Positions 1 through 11,123 are shown, counted from the stretch's first letter. The stretch is 64,000 nucleotides of DNA from Comamonadaceae bacterium (GCA_011391745.1 JAABPX010000001.1:2275-66274); one strand, 5' to 3'. Made by a program: numbers and translations. Notes: generated from the letters alone by a model not told the origin.

Positions 1-281
1 TTGTCGCGCTTGATCAAACGTTCGGCGGTTTGGCGGGCGGCCTCGGGGTTGAACTGGTCGTCGGCCACGATGACCTCGACCTTCTGTCCGCCCAACAGGC
101 CCCCGCTGTGTTGCAGACCCAGCGCAAAGCCGTCGCGAATGTCCACACCCAAGGCAGCACCGGGGCCAGACAATGTGCTCAACAAGCCAACCTTGACCGT
201 ATCGGACGCCACGGCGGGGCCGGTCAACACAACAGCAGCGGCCAACGCCGCGCTGGCCAAAGAACGAAGACGAACAGTCAT
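1..281 (-). CDS. ABC transporter substrate-binding protein, branched-chain amino acid (LivJ/Peripla_BP_6) type; truncated at the window edge
   Basis: Manual translation from ATG at 281: MTVRLRSLASAALAAAVVLTGPAVASDTVKVGLLSTLSGPGAALGVDIRDGF...VEVIVADDQFNPEAARQTAERLIKRD. Signal peptide followed by the typical N-terminus. Absent from the ORF track because no stop lies in the window. Confidence 0.85.
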   Translation of the reverse strand, partial: MTVRLRSLASAALAAAVVLTGPAVASDTVKVGLLSTLSGPGAALGVDIRDGFALGLQHSGGLLGGQKVEVIVADDQFNPEAARQTAERLIKRD

Positions 282-375
282 GGTGTGTCCTGTAAAAATT
301 GAATGCCAAAACAAAAACAAAACCCTGAGAGCATAAACGCTTCGGGCCTCGCCTTGACTGACCCACAATTGGGGT

Positions 376-1125
376 ATGCCCCAAGCCCATCCCCTGCCCC
401 CTTTGCCCTGGTTGTCGCCGGGCGACGCGTTTGCGCCGGTGCACACCGCGTGGGGCGACGACACGCCCTACCCCGGTCTGCTGTGTGCGGGCGGTGCGCT
501 CGACCTCACCACCTTGGACCAAGCCTACCGCCAAGGCATTTTCCCTTGGTTCGGCGCGGGCCAGCCGGTGCTGTGGTGGAGCACCGCACCGCGTTTGGTG
601 CTTGACCCACAGCGGTTTCGATTGCACCGCTCGCTGCGCAAAACCTTGCGCAGCGGCTTGGCCAGCGAACGCTTGCGGGTGCGTTTTGACCACGCCACCC
701 CGCAAGTCATTGAGGCCTGCGCCCACACACCGCGCCCAGGGCAACACGGCACCTGGATCGTGCCCGCCATGGTGCAGGCCTACCAAGCGTGGCACCGCGC
801 AGGTGCTGTGCACAGCGTGGAAACTTATCTGGACGGGACGCTGGTGGGTGGGCTGTATGCGGTGCGGCTGGGTGGCATGGTGTTTGGTGAATCGATGTTC
901 AGCCACCGCAGCGATGCCTCCAAAATCGCCTTGGCCGCTTTGGTGGCGTGGGCCAGAAGGCACAAAATTGCGCTGATTGACTGCCAACAAGCCACGCCGC
1001 ACCTCATGACGTTGGGCGCACATCCGATAGCCCGGGACGACTTTGTGCGGCATGTGGCGCAAGCGGTGCAGCGCCCCACAGCGCCTTGGGTGTTCGATCC
1101 CGAAGACTGGGCTTTTTTATACTGA
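376..1125 (+). CDS. aat: Leucyl/phenylalanyl-tRNA--protein transferase
   Basis: [56 protein letters not shown] motifs. Confidence 0.97.
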   Translation: MPQAHPLPPLPWLSPGDAFAPVHTAWGDDTPYPGLLCAGGALDLTTLDQAYRQGIFPWFGAGQPVLWWSTAPRLVLDPQRFRLHRSLRKTLRSGLASERLRVRFDHATPQVIEACAHTPRPGQHGTWIVPAMVQAYQAWHRAGAVHSVETYLDGTLVGGLYAVRLGGMVFGESMFSHRSDASKIALAALVAWARRHKIALIDCQQATPHLMTLGAHPIARDDFVRHVAQAVQRPTAPWVFDPEDWAFLY

Positions 1126-1126
1126 G

Positions 1127-1870
1127 TTGAGATTGCAGTTCTACGCCACCTCCCCCTACCCGTGCAGCTATTTGCCCAACCGCCAAGCGCGTTCGCAAGT
1201 GGCCACGCCCAGCCACTTGGTCAACACCGACGTGTACAACGACTTGTTGCAACAGGGTTTTCGCCGCAGCGGCCTGTTCACCTACCGCCCCTACTGCGAC
1301 GGCTGCCAAGCCTGCGTGCCCCTTCGTGTGCCCGTTGACCGCTTCGTGCCCAACCGCAGTCAACGGCGCAGCTGGCGTCAACACTTGGGGCTGCGCGCCC
1401 AGGTCGGCCCCTTGGACTTCGACCCAGCGCACTACGCGCTGTACCAGCGCTACCAGCACCAACGCCACGCGGGTGGCGGCATGGACGAGGACAGCGAGGC
1501 CCAATACACCCAATTTTTGTTGCAAAGTCGTGTGAATTCGCGTTTGGTGGCGTTCTACGCCAGCGGCTCCGACGGCGCACCAGAGCGACTCAAGATGGTG
1601 TCCTTGGTGGACGTGTTGAGCAGCGGCTTATCGGCCGTTTACACCTTTTACGAACCCGACGACAAAGCCAGTTACGGCACCTTCAACGTGTTGTGGCAAA
1701 TTGAACAGGCACGGCAATTGCAGCTGCCGTATGTGTACCTGGGTTACTGGATACAAGACAGCCCCAAAATGGCTTACAAAGCCCAATTTCAACCCCACGA
1801 AACCTGTTCGGGTGGGCAATGGCACAGCACCAGCGTGTTCCCAGCCGCGGATGAGAATTTCACGCTATAA
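1127..1870 (+). CDS. bpt: Aspartate/glutamate leucyltransferase (arginyltransferase-like, Bpt/Ate)
   Basis: [44 protein letters not shown]. Start uncertain; TTG at 1127 chosen because the ORF-track start at 1043 lies inside aat. Confidence 0.92.
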   Translation: MRLQFYATSPYPCSYLPNRQARSQVATPSHLVNTDVYNDLLQQGFRRSGLFTYRPYCDGCQACVPLRVPVDRFVPNRSQRRSWRQHLGLRAQVGPLDFDPAHYALYQRYQHQRHAGGGMDEDSEAQYTQFLLQSRVNSRLVAFYASGSDGAPERLKMVSLVDVLSSGLSAVYTFYEPDDKASYGTFNVLWQIEQARQLQLPYVYLGYWIQDSPKMAYKAQFQPHETCSGGQWHSTSVFPAADENFTL

Positions 1871-1894
1871 AATGGCGTCTAAACTTCACAGACC

Positions 1895-2683
1895 ATGACC
1901 AAAAGCCGCGACGCATTGCCCTCCACGCCCACCGTTCAGGTGATTGAACGGATGTTCAACCTCTTGGAGGTCTTGGCATCCAAGCAGGAAGCCGTCAGCC
2001 TCAAAGAAATCAGCGAAACCACGGGCTTGCACCCGTCCACGGCGCACCGCATCCTCAACGACTTGACGATTGGGCGTTTTGTGGACCGCCCCGAAGCGGG
2101 CAGCTATCGCTTGGGCATGCGCTTGTTGGAGTTGGGCAATTTGGTCAAGGCCAGGCTGAGCGTGCGCGATGCGGCGCTCACGCCCATGCGCGAACTGCAC
2201 AAACAAATCCAACAACCCGTGAACCTGAGTGTGCGCCAAGGCGATGAAATCGTTTACGTGGAGCGTGCCTTCAGCGAACGTTCGGGCATGCAAGTGGTGC
2301 GGGCCATTGGCGGACGGGCACCGTTGCACCTGACTTCGGTGGGCAAACTGTTTTTGGCCAACGACGAAGCACCCAAGGTGCGCGCCTACGCCCTGCGCAC
2401 GGGTTTGGCGGGGCACACGCGCAACAGCCTGACGCAACTCCCCGCTCTGGAACGGGAATTGCTGATGTGCAAAAAAACCGGTGTGGCACGCGACAACGAG
2501 GAACTGGAATTGGGCGTGCGCTGCATGGCCGCAGGCATTCGTGACGATCAGGGCCGCTTGGTGGCGGGCTTGTCGATTTCGGCACCCGCCGACCGCATCG
2601 ATGAGGTTTGGCTGACCAAGTTGCAGGCCACGGCGGGCGAGATTTCAAGCGCTTTGGGCTACCGAGGTGCCGCCAACGGCTGA
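1895..2683 (+). CDS. IclR family transcriptional regulator
   Basis: N-terminal HTH (VQVIERMFNLLE...GLHPSTAHRIL), PLHLTSVGKLFL, DNEELELGVRC. Confidence 0.95.
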   Translation: MTKSRDALPSTPTVQVIERMFNLLEVLASKQEAVSLKEISETTGLHPSTAHRILNDLTIGRFVDRPEAGSYRLGMRLLELGNLVKARLSVRDAALTPMRELHKQIQQPVNLSVRQGDEIVYVERAFSERSGMQVVRAIGGRAPLHLTSVGKLFLANDEAPKVRAYALRTGLAGHTRNSLTQLPALERELLMCKKTGVARDNEELELGVRCMAAGIRDDQGRLVAGLSISAPADRIDEVWLTKLQATAGEISSALGYRGAANG

Positions 2684-2694
2684 TCACCCGGGGG

Positions 2695-3774
2695 TCAACC
2701 GCGCGGGGTGGCCCGAAGTTTCATGGGCAGCACATGGTCTTGGGCTTCCATCCACTGGCGAACGCGCTCGGCGTCGCGCAAGCGGCCCACTTTGCTGACC
2801 GAGTCCAAGAAAACCATGATCACCTCACGGCCAGCCACCGTGGCTTGCATGACCAAACAACGGCCCGCTTCGGCGATGTAGCCGGTTTTTTGCAGGCCAA
2901 TGTCCCACCGCTCACTGCGCACCAAACCGTTGGAGTTGTTGTATTGCAGGGTTTTGTGGCCCATGTCCAAAAGGTAACTCGGCGAAGTGGACAACTCTCG
3001 CATGATCGGCTGGTTATAGGCCGCCGCCGCCAACGTGGCCAAATCGCGGGCACTGGATTGGTTTCGACTGGACAAACCCGTGGGGTCCACAAACCGCGAG
3101 TCGACCATGCCCAAGGACTGTGCCTTGCGGTTCATGGCCTGTACGAAAGCATCAATACCGCCGGGGTGGGTGCGGCCAAGCGCATGGGCCGCCCGGTTTT
3201 CACTGGACATGAGCGCGAGGTGCATCAATTCGCCACGGGTCAGGTTCGCGCCAATGACCAAGCGTGAGCGACTGCCTTTGAGCGTGTCCGCATCGTCGTG
3301 GGTGATGGTGATGACATCATCCATTGACAGCCCCGCGTCGGCCACAACCAAACCCGTCATGAGTTTGGTGAGGGAGGCGATCGGCAAGACGGCTTCGTCG
3401 TTTTTGCTGAACAAGACCTCGTTGGTGCTTTGGTCAACAACCAAGGCCACACTGGCCGACAAACTCAAGGGATCACTCACGCTGTGCAAACCCAAGCGCT
3501 GACCCACGCTCATGCGGCGCGGGGCTTGCGCCAGCACGCGCTGCTTTTTGTGCTTCTTGGCGGTCGCGAGTTTGGTTTTGGATTTGACCTTGGGCTTGGC
3601 GAGATGGGTTTTTTTGGCCGCCGGTTTTTTGACCGCTTTTTTCTTGGCGGTTTTGGTGGTTTCGGCCACAGGCGCTTTGGCTTGCACCACGGGCGCAGCC
3701 GACAAGGCCACCAACAAAGCCAAACAAACCGACAAACCCTTAACCGGTATGCCCTTCAAGTCACTAAAAACCAT
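2695..3774 (-). CDS. pbpG: D-alanyl-D-alanine endopeptidase (PBP7)
   Basis: SxxK (ASLTK), SxN (SSEN) and KTG motifs; signal peptide; Lys-rich linker. Confidence 0.92.
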   Translation of the reverse strand: MVFSDLKGIPVKGLSVCLALLVALSAAPVVQAKAPVAETTKTAKKKAVKKPAAKKTHLAKPKVKSKTKLATAKKHKKQRVLAQAPRRMSVGQRLGLHSVSDPLSLSASVALVVDQSTNEVLFSKNDEAVLPIASLTKLMTGLVVADAGLSMDDVITITHDDADTLKGSRSRLVIGANLTRGELMHLALMSSENRAAHALGRTHPGGIDAFVQAMNRKAQSLGMVDSRFVDPTGLSSRNQSSARDLATLAAAAYNQPIMRELSTSPSYLLDMGHKTLQYNNSNGLVRSERWDIGLQKTGYIAEAGRCLVMQATVAGREVIMVFLDSVSKVGRLRDAERVRQWMEAQDHVLPMKLRATPRG

Positions 3775-3809
3775 GAATCAACCCCTGCCCACCTTGATGG
3801 TGTTGCTGC

Positions 3810-3837
3810 AGTATATACCCGAAGGAAGAAAATTCAA
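3810..3837 (-). promoter_or_regulatory. Sigma70-like promoter for pbpG
   Basis: TTGAAT-16 nt-TATACT on the minus strand, about 35 nt upstream of the start. Confidence 0.6.
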
Positions 3838-3878
3838 CAATATCAAGCACTTGAAGTGGCAACCTCGACACAACCTTA

Positions 3879-5420
3879 TCAACCTTGGGCCGCCACCCGA
3901 TCGGATTTGTTGTGCAATTTGGTGAGCGCACTGAGGTAGGCCTTGGCCGAAGCGACCACGATGTCTGGGTCAGCGCCCACACCATTGACCACTCGGCCGC
4001 TGTGCTGCAAGCGCACCGTGACTTCGCCTTGGCTTTCGGTGGAGCCGGAGGTGATGGCATTGACCGAGTACAACACCATCTCGGCACCGCTTTTGACCTG
4101 AGATTCAATGGCTTTGAGCGAAGCATCGACGGGACCGTTGCCGTCGGACTCGCTGCGCCGCTCTTGCCCATCCACCGTGAACACCACCGACGCAAACGGG
4201 CGTTCGCCGGTTTCGCTGCGCTGAGACAAAGACACCAAACCGTATTTTTCTTTCTCAGCCGTCACCGACTCGTCGCTGCACAGGGCCAAGATGTCTTCGT
4301 CAAAAATGTCACTCTTGCGGTCAGCAAGCTCTTTGAATGCCGCAAAGGCCGCGTTGATTTCGCCTTCAGAGTCCATTTGTATGCCCAGTTCTTCCAAGCG
4401 CTGCTTAAAGGCGTTGCGCCCACTGAGCTTGCCCAAGACGATTTTGTTGGCGGCCCAACCCACATCTTCGGCGCGCATGATTTCGTAGGTGTTGCGAGCC
4501 TTGAGCACACCATCTTGGTGAATGCCCGAGGCATGCGCAAACGCGTTGGCGCCCACCACGGCCTTGTTGGGCTGCACCACAAAACCGGTGGTTTGCGAGA
4601 CCATGCGGCTGGCCGGCACGATTTGTGTGGCGTCCACGTCTACATGCAGATTGAAATAGTCCTTGCGGGTTTTGATCGCCATGACGATCTCCTCCAAAGA
4701 ACAGTTGCCCGCCCGTTCGCCCAAGCCGTTGATGGTGCACTCGACTTGGCGTGCGCCCCCCATTTTCACGCCCGCCAAGGAGTTGGCCACGGCCATGCCA
4801 AGGTCGTTATGGCAATGCACGGACCAAATCGCTTTGTCGGAGTTCGGGATGCGTTCGCGAAGGGTTTTGATGAAGTTGCCGTACAACTCGGGGACGGCGT
4901 AACCCACGGTGTCGGGGATGTTCAAGGTGGTCGCACCTTCTTCAATGACCGCCTCAAGCACACGACACAAAAAGTCCATGTCGCTGCGGTAACCGTCTTC
5001 CGGACTGAACTCGATGTCACCCACCAAATTGCGGGCAAACCGCACCGACTGTTTGGCCTGTTCCAAGACCTGTTCGGGTGTCATGCGCAACTTCTTCTCC
5101 ATGTGCAAGGCACTGGTGGCAATAAAGGTGTGGATGCGGGCGCGCGCTGCACCTTTGAGGGCTTCGGCGGCTCGGGCGATGTCGCGGTCGTTGGCACGGG
5201 CCAAAGAACACACGGTGGAGTCCTTGATGACGTCGGCAATGGCTTTGACCGATTCAAAGTCGCCGTTGGAGCTGGCGGCAAAACCGGCTTCGATCACATC
5301 GACTCGCAGGCGTTCGAGTTGGCGCGCAATGCGCAACTTCTCGTCTTTGGTCATGGACGCGCCGGGTGACTGCTCGCCATCGCGCAAGGTGGTGTCGAAA
5401 ATGATCAATTTGTCGGTCAT
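3879..5420 (-). CDS. leuA: 2-isopropylmalate synthase
   Basis: [32 protein letters not shown]; C-terminal regulatory domain present. Confidence 0.98.
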   Translation of the reverse strand: MTDKLIIFDTTLRDGEQSPGASMTKDEKLRIARQLERLRVDVIEAGFAASSNGDFESVKAIADVIKDSTVCSLARANDRDIARAAEALKGAARARIHTFIATSALHMEKKLRMTPEQVLEQAKQSVRFARNLVGDIEFSPEDGYRSDMDFLCRVLEAVIEEGATTLNIPDTVGYAVPELYGNFIKTLRERIPNSDKAIWSVHCHNDLGMAVANSLAGVKMGGARQVECTINGLGERAGNCSLEEIVMAIKTRKDYFNLHVDVDATQIVPASRMVSQTTGFVVQPNKAVVGANAFAHASGIHQDGVLKARNTYEIMRAEDVGWAANKIVLGKLSGRNAFKQRLEELGIQMDSEGEINAAFAAFKELADRKSDIFDEDILALCSDESVTAEKEKYGLVSLSQRSETGERPFASVVFTVDGQERRSESDGNGPVDASLKAIESQVKSGAEMVLYSVNAITSGSTESQGEVTVRLQHSGRVVNGVGADPDIVVASAKAYLSALTKLHNKSDRVAAQG

Positions 5421-5441
5421 GGTGTGCTCCTTGTGATCTCA

Positions 5442-5480
5442 GAAAGACAAACGGCCCGTTGCGGGGGCAAACGGGCCGTT
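5442..5480 (-). terminator. Attenuator terminator of the leuA leader
   Basis: Minus strand AACGGCCCGTTTGC-CCCC-GCAACGGGCCGTT (one bulge) followed by TGTCTTTC, about 20 nt before the leuA ATG. Confidence 0.8.
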
Positions 5481-5500
5481 GGATTGGGTTTACTTGTGCG

Positions 5501-5557
5501 CTACCAAACCTGCCCTAGTCGGACATGCGGTAGTAGGGCCAAAGCAAAGCGGTTCAT
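5501..5557 (-). CDS. leuA leader peptide MNRFALALLPHVRLGQVW (alternative start at 5563)
   Basis: Four Leu codons, three of them the rare CTA (tandem CTA CTA). Preceded by an extended -10 TGcTACATT 7 nt before the ATG; followed by the terminator hairpin. Confidence 0.8.
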   Translation of the reverse strand: MNRFALALLPHVRLGQVW

Positions 5558-5590
5558 GGGCATGAATGTAGCACAAGCGAAAAACAGGGG

Positions 5591-6403
5591 TCAATCGTGC
5601 ATGTCGCGTTCGTCGGGCTCTTGGGTCGATGTGCTGATGATGCTGATGGGGTGGCCTTTGGACTTCAGCCACAAAAAGACAGCGTAGCCAGACAGGCCAT
5701 AGACCAAAAAGATGCCGAACAAAACCCGGGGCGGATCGATGCTGATGACCGCAATCAACAAGGCCCCCAACACAATCGCGGCAAAGGGCACGCTGCGTTT
5801 GAGGCTGAGGTCTTTAAAGCTGTAGAACGGCGCGTTGGTGACCATGGTCAAACCGGCGTACAAGGTCAGGGCAAACATCGGCCAAGCCAAGTCCGAGGCG
5901 GCAACGCCCATCTCGGTGGCCACCCAAATAAAGCCAGCGACCAAGGCCGCTGCGGCAGGCGACGGCAAGCCTTGGAAAAAGCGCTTGTCCACCACACCGG
6001 TGTTGACGTTGAAGCGGGCCAAACGCAAGGCCGCGCAGGCCACGTACACAAAGGCCGCGATCCAGCCCCAGCGACCGAGGCCGCGCAGGGTCCATTCGTA
6101 AGCGATCAGCGCAGGGGCTGCGCCAAAGGACACCATGTCGGAGAGCGAATCCATTTGCTCGCCAAAGGCGCTTTGGGTGTTGGTCATGCGTGCCACGCGA
6201 CCGTCTAGGCTGTCGAGCACCATGGCCAGAAAAATCGCCACCGTGGCCAAGTCGTAACGCCCGTTCATGGCCATGACCACCGCATAAAACCCCCCAAACA
6301 GGGCCGCCAAGGTAATCATGTTGGGCAACATGTAAATGCCTTTGATGCGCTGCTTGGGCATGTCTGCCGCGTCTTTGGTTTCTGAATCGGGCGGGTTTGG
6401 CAT
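5591..6403 (-). CDS. pssA: CDP-diacylglycerol--serine O-phosphatidyltransferase
   Basis: LPNMIT, DSLDGRVAR...GEQMDSLSD CDP-alcohol phosphotransferase motif, RLARFN; ATG 2 nt after the ilvC stop. Confidence 0.95.
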   Translation of the reverse strand: MPNPPDSETKDAADMPKQRIKGIYMLPNMITLAALFGGFYAVVMAMNGRYDLATVAIFLAMVLDSLDGRVARMTNTQSAFGEQMDSLSDMVSFGAAPALIAYEWTLRGLGRWGWIAAFVYVACAALRLARFNVNTGVVDKRFFQGLPSPAAAALVAGFIWVATEMGVAASDLAWPMFALTLYAGLTMVTNAPFYSFKDLSLKRSVPFAAIVLGALLIAVISIDPPRVLFGIFLVYGLSGYAVFLWLKSKGHPISIISTSTQEPDERDMHD

Positions 6404-6405
6404 GA

Positions 6406-7440
<1,035 letters not shown>

Positions 7441-7456
7441 TCAGGGGGATGTGGGG

Positions 7457-7948
7457 TTAAACGCGCAGTATTCTCTCACCTCGACCGATGCCACAGGCAC
7501 CGGTGCGAACCGTCTCCAAAATGGCGGTGCGGTCGATGGCTTCCAAAAACGCGTCGTTTTTGCTTTGGTCGCCAGTGAGTTCGAGTGTGTAGCTCTTGTC
7601 GGTCACGTCGATGATGCGGCCTCGGAAAATATCGGCCATGCGCTTCATTTCTTCGCGCTCTTTGCCCACCGCTCGCACCTTGACCATCATGAGTTCCCGC
7701 TCGGTGTAAGGGCCTTCGGTCAGGTCAACCACTTTGATGACTTCGATCAGGCGGTTGAGGTGTTTGGTGATTTGTTCAATGACCTCGTCCGAACCGTTGG
7801 TCTCGATTGTCATGCGCGACAGGCTGGGGTCTTCGGTGGGGGCCACGGTGAGCGACTCGATGTTGTAGCCGCGGGCCGAGAACAGGCCCACCACGCGAGA
7901 CAAAGCACCGGCTTCGTTTTCCAGCAAGACAGCAATGATGTGTTTCAT
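7457..7948 (-). CDS. ilvH: Acetolactate synthase small subunit
   Basis: LENEAGALSRVVGLFSARGYNIESL ACT domain. Confidence 0.97.
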   Translation of the reverse strand: MKHIIAVLLENEAGALSRVVGLFSARGYNIESLTVAPTEDPSLSRMTIETNGSDEVIEQITKHLNRLIEVIKVVDLTEGPYTERELMMVKVRAVGKEREEMKRMADIFRGRIIDVTDKSYTLELTGDQSKNDAFLEAIDRTAILETVRTGACGIGRGERILRV

Positions 7949-7965
7949 GGGATTTCTCTTTTCTG

Positions 7966-8002
7966 AGCCCTCCCCTGCGCACGGTAATGCACAGGCTTGG
8001 CT
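7966..8002 (-). promoter_or_regulatory. Stem-loop between ilvI and ilvH (candidate ilvH RNA motif)
   Basis: AGCC-aag-CCTGTGCA-ttaccg-TGCGCAGG-ggag-GGCT; 8 bp inner stem (one G-U) plus 4 bp outer stem. Confidence 0.45.
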
Positions 8003-8027
8003 GCAAATAGATTCGTCAAAAAAGGGT

Positions 8028-9806
8028 TTAGAGGTCTTCGGAGCCGAGCAACATTTCGGTGATGCCCTTGCCGGCCTTGACCATGGGAAAGACGTTTTCA
8101 GAAGGGTCGGTGCGGATGTCCAAAAACACCGTGCGGTCCTTCAAGCGGCGGGCTTCGCGCAAGGCGGGCTCCACGTCTTCGGGGCGTTCAACCAAGATGC
8201 CCACGTGACCATAAGCCTCGGCCAACTTCACGAAATTGGGCAGCGCGTCCATGTAGCTGTTGCTGTAACGACCTTCGTACTCAATCTCTTGCCACTGGCG
8301 CACCATGCCGAGGTAGCGGTTGTTGAGCGACACCACCTTGATGGGGGTGTTGTACTGCAAACAAGTCGACAGCTCTTGAATGCACATCTGCACCGAGCCT
8401 TCGCCAGTCACGCAAAAAACCTCGCTCTCAGGCTTGGCCAGCTTGATGCCCATGGCATACGGAATGCCCACGCCCATGGTACCCAAACCGCCGGAGTTGA
8501 TCCAGCGGCGGGGTTCGTTGAACTTGTAGTACTGCGCGGCCCACATTTGGTGTTGGCCCACGTCGGAGGTGATGTAGGCGTCGGCGTCCTTGGTCATGTT
8601 CCACAGGGTCTCGATGACCATCTGGGGCTTGATGACTTCGGTGTTGGTCTTGTCGTATGCCAAACAGTTGCGTGAGCGCCAGCCTTCGATGGTGGCCCAC
8701 CAAGCCTGCAGCGCTTGGGCATCGGGCTTGTGTGGCGACTCTTTGATCATTGAGATCAATTCGGTGAGCACGTCTTTAACGTCGCCCACAATCGGCACAT
8801 CCACCTTCACGCGCTTGGAAATGCTGGAGGGGTCGATGTCGATGTGGATGATCTTGCGCTCGTTTTGCGCAAAGTGTTTGGGGTTGCCAATCACTCGGTC
8901 ATCAAAACGCGCGCCCACGGCCAGCAACACATCGCAGTTTTGCATGGTGTTGTTGGCTTCGATGGTGCCGTGCATGCCGAGCATACCCAAGAACTTGGGT
9001 TCGGTGGCGGGGTAAGCGCCCAGCCCCATCAAGGTGTTGGTGACCGGGTAGCCCAGCATGTCAACCAAGGTACGCAGTTCGTTGGTGGCGTTGCTCAGCA
9101 ACACGCCGCCGCCGGTGTAGATGTAAGGGCGTTTGGCGTTGAGCAACAGTTGCAAAGCCTTGCGAATTTGGCCACCGTGCCCTTTGCGCACCGGGTTGTA
9201 TGAGCGCATTTCCACCTTGTCTGGGTAGCCCAGATAAAGGGTTTTGTTGAAGGAGACGTCCTTCGGAATGTCCACCAACACAGGGCCGGGACGGCCACTG
9301 CGGGCGATGTGAAAGGCTTTTTTCATGACGTCGGCCATGTCGCGGACGTCTTTGACCAAAAAGTTGTGCTTAACGATGGGGCGGGTGATGCCCACGGTGT
9401 CGCACTCTTGGAAGGCATCCAAACCGATGGCCGCCGTGGGTACTTGCCCACTGATGATCACCATGGGGATGCTGTCCATGTAAGCGGTGGCGATGCCGGT
9501 GACGGCGTTGGTGGCCCCGGGGCCCGAGGTGACCAAACACACACCCACATCACCGGTGGCGCGCGCATAGCCGTCGGCGGCGTGAACCGCAGCTTGTTCG
9601 TGGCGAACCAAAATGTGTTGGAACTGGTCTTGTTTGAAGACCGCGTCGTAGATGTGCAAAACAGCGCCGCCGGGGTAACCCCAAACGTATTTCACGCCTT
9701 CTTCTTGCAACGCTTTGACGAGGATTTCTGCGCCGCGCAACTCGGGGTGCTCGGCGAGGGGAGACGCGGCGACCGCGCTGGCGATTTCAGCTTTGTTGAT
9801 TTCCAT
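8028..9806 (-). CDS. ilvI: Acetolactate synthase large subunit
   Basis: GYPGGA, RHEQAA, TSGPG, SDVGQHQM, SGGLGTMG, TPP motif GEGS...NN. Confidence 0.98.
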   Translation of the reverse strand: MEINKAEIASAVAASPLAEHPELRGAEILVKALQEEGVKYVWGYPGGAVLHIYDAVFKQDQFQHILVRHEQAAVHAADGYARATGDVGVCLVTSGPGATNAVTGIATAYMDSIPMVIISGQVPTAAIGLDAFQECDTVGITRPIVKHNFLVKDVRDMADVMKKAFHIARSGRPGPVLVDIPKDVSFNKTLYLGYPDKVEMRSYNPVRKGHGGQIRKALQLLLNAKRPYIYTGGGVLLSNATNELRTLVDMLGYPVTNTLMGLGAYPATEPKFLGMLGMHGTIEANNTMQNCDVLLAVGARFDDRVIGNPKHFAQNERKIIHIDIDPSSISKRVKVDVPIVGDVKDVLTELISMIKESPHKPDAQALQAWWATIEGWRSRNCLAYDKTNTEVIKPQMVIETLWNMTKDADAYITSDVGQHQMWAAQYYKFNEPRRWINSGGLGTMGVGIPYAMGIKLAKPESEVFCVTGEGSVQMCIQELSTCLQYNTPIKVVSLNNRYLGMVRQWQEIEYEGRYSNSYMDALPNFVKLAEAYGHVGILVERPEDVEPALREARRLKDRTVFLDIRTDPSENVFPMVKAGKGITEMLLGSEDL

Positions 9807-9994
9807 GATGAACCTGTTGAGAATTTCTCTGACGAAAAACCTTGGGTGCCCCTTGTGCCAACCCTTGTGAGGCGGACTCGGGACTTAAGACCAATGGACA
9901 TGGGCGAAACAATAAATTCGCCGGACCTTGGCCCGTTTGCCGTTTTGATTTCAAATGCAGGTCGCATTATGGCACGGTGCGACAATCACGCCCC

Positions 9995-10525
9995 ATGACC
10001 AACACGCCACCCCTTGCACCCACCGCAGCTCCCACACCCACCTTGCCGCGCCGACTGGCCTGCTGGCTATACGAAGGCATGCTGCTGTTTGGTGTGGTGT
10101 TCATTGCCGGGTATCTGTTTTCCACCCTGACCCAAACCCGTCACGCCTTGGACAACCGCCACGCGCAACAAGCGTTTTTGTTCTTGGTGTTCGGCATTTA
10201 CTTCACCTGGTTTTGGTCCAAAGGCCAAACCCTGGCCATGAAGACTTGGTTCATCCGCGTGGTGGACCGTCAAGGCAATCGCATCAGCCAAGGGCGGGCG
10301 TTGGTGCGGTACCTGCTGTCTTGGATCTGGTTCTTGCCGCCCTTGGCAGCCGGGGATCTGTTCGATTTACCCGGTGGCGAGATCACGGTCTTGACCATAG
10401 GCTGGGTTTTGGTGTGGGCCTTGCTGGCGCGCTTTCACCCCGAGCGCCAGTTCTGGCACGACGCTTGGGCCGGCACGCGCTTGGTGCACCACCAACCGCC
10501 CGAACCACCCAAACGCAAAAAATAA
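9995..10525 (+). CDS. RDD family membrane protein
   Basis: RRLACWLYEGMLL, GQTLAMKTW.IRVV, FWHD; start placed at MTNTPP. Confidence 0.85.
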   Translation: MTNTPPLAPTAAPTPTLPRRLACWLYEGMLLFGVVFIAGYLFSTLTQTRHALDNRHAQQAFLFLVFGIYFTWFWSKGQTLAMKTWFIRVVDRQGNRISQGRALVRYLLSWIWFLPPLAAGDLFDLPGGEITVLTIGWVLVWALLARFHPERQFWHDAWAGTRLVHHQPPEPPKRKK

Positions 10526-10535
10526 GGATGGCTCC

Positions 10536-11123
10536 TTGAGCACACCCGCTTTTTCTTTGTGCGTCTACTGCGGCTCGCGCCCCGGCGTTGATCCCCAGCA
10601 CGCCGCAGCCGCTCAAGCCTTGGGCCAATGGATCGGCTCGCGCGGCGGCCAACTGGTGTACGGAGGCGGTCGCAACGGCTTGATGGGCCTGACCGCACAA
10701 GCCACGCACGATGCGGGTGGGCGTGTGGTCGGCGTGATCCCAACCTCCCTGGTGGAACGCGAATGGGCCAACCACGACTGCAATGAACTCTTGGTGGTCG
10801 AGACCATGCACGAACGCAAACGCATCATGGCCGAGCGCAGCGACGCCTTCTTGGCCTTGCCCGGCGGCATCGGCACTTTTGAAGAGTTTTTTGAAGTCTG
10901 GACTTGGCGTCAACTGGGCTACCACGACAAACCCGTGGGCCTGCTCAACTTGGGCGGCTATTACGACGCGATGCTGACGTTCTTAAACGGCTCGGTGCGC
11001 GAGGGCTTCATGAACGACGGGCAAATGGACCTGATTCGGGTGGACACCAACCCGATCGAGTTGGCCGAGCAATTGGTACAAGCCGCAGGCTGTGCCCCCG
11101 AAGGCATCAGCCCACAACTCTGA
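10536..11123 (+). CDS. LOG family nucleotide phosphoribohydrolase (TIGR00730 type)
   Basis: CVYCGS, VYGGG..GLMG, MHERK, PGGIGTFEE; TTG start. Confidence 0.93.
   Translation: MSTPAFSLCVYCGSRPGVDPQHAAAAQALGQWIGSRGGQLVYGGGRNGLMGLTAQATHDAGGRVVGVIPTSLVEREWANHDCNELLVVETMHERKRIMAERSDAFLALPGGIGTFEEFFEVWTWRQLGYHDKPVGLLNLGGYYDAMLTFLNGSVREGFMNDGQMDLIRVDTNPIELAEQLVQAAGCAPEGISPQL

Noticed and set aside
3885-5369. Long antisense ORFs (3885-5369, 6418-7428, 26208-27374, 35111-36268, 44084-45139, 53081-54079, 55220-56185, 61979-62941 and similar)
   Set aside because: They are shadow frames of well-supported genes on the opposite strand, expected with GC-biased third positions; no recognisable motifs.
5490-5672. 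60 aa ORF MAEVQRPP... as the leuA leader
   Set aside because: It overlaps pssA and has no Leu cluster; the 18 aa CTA-rich ORF in another frame fits attenuation.
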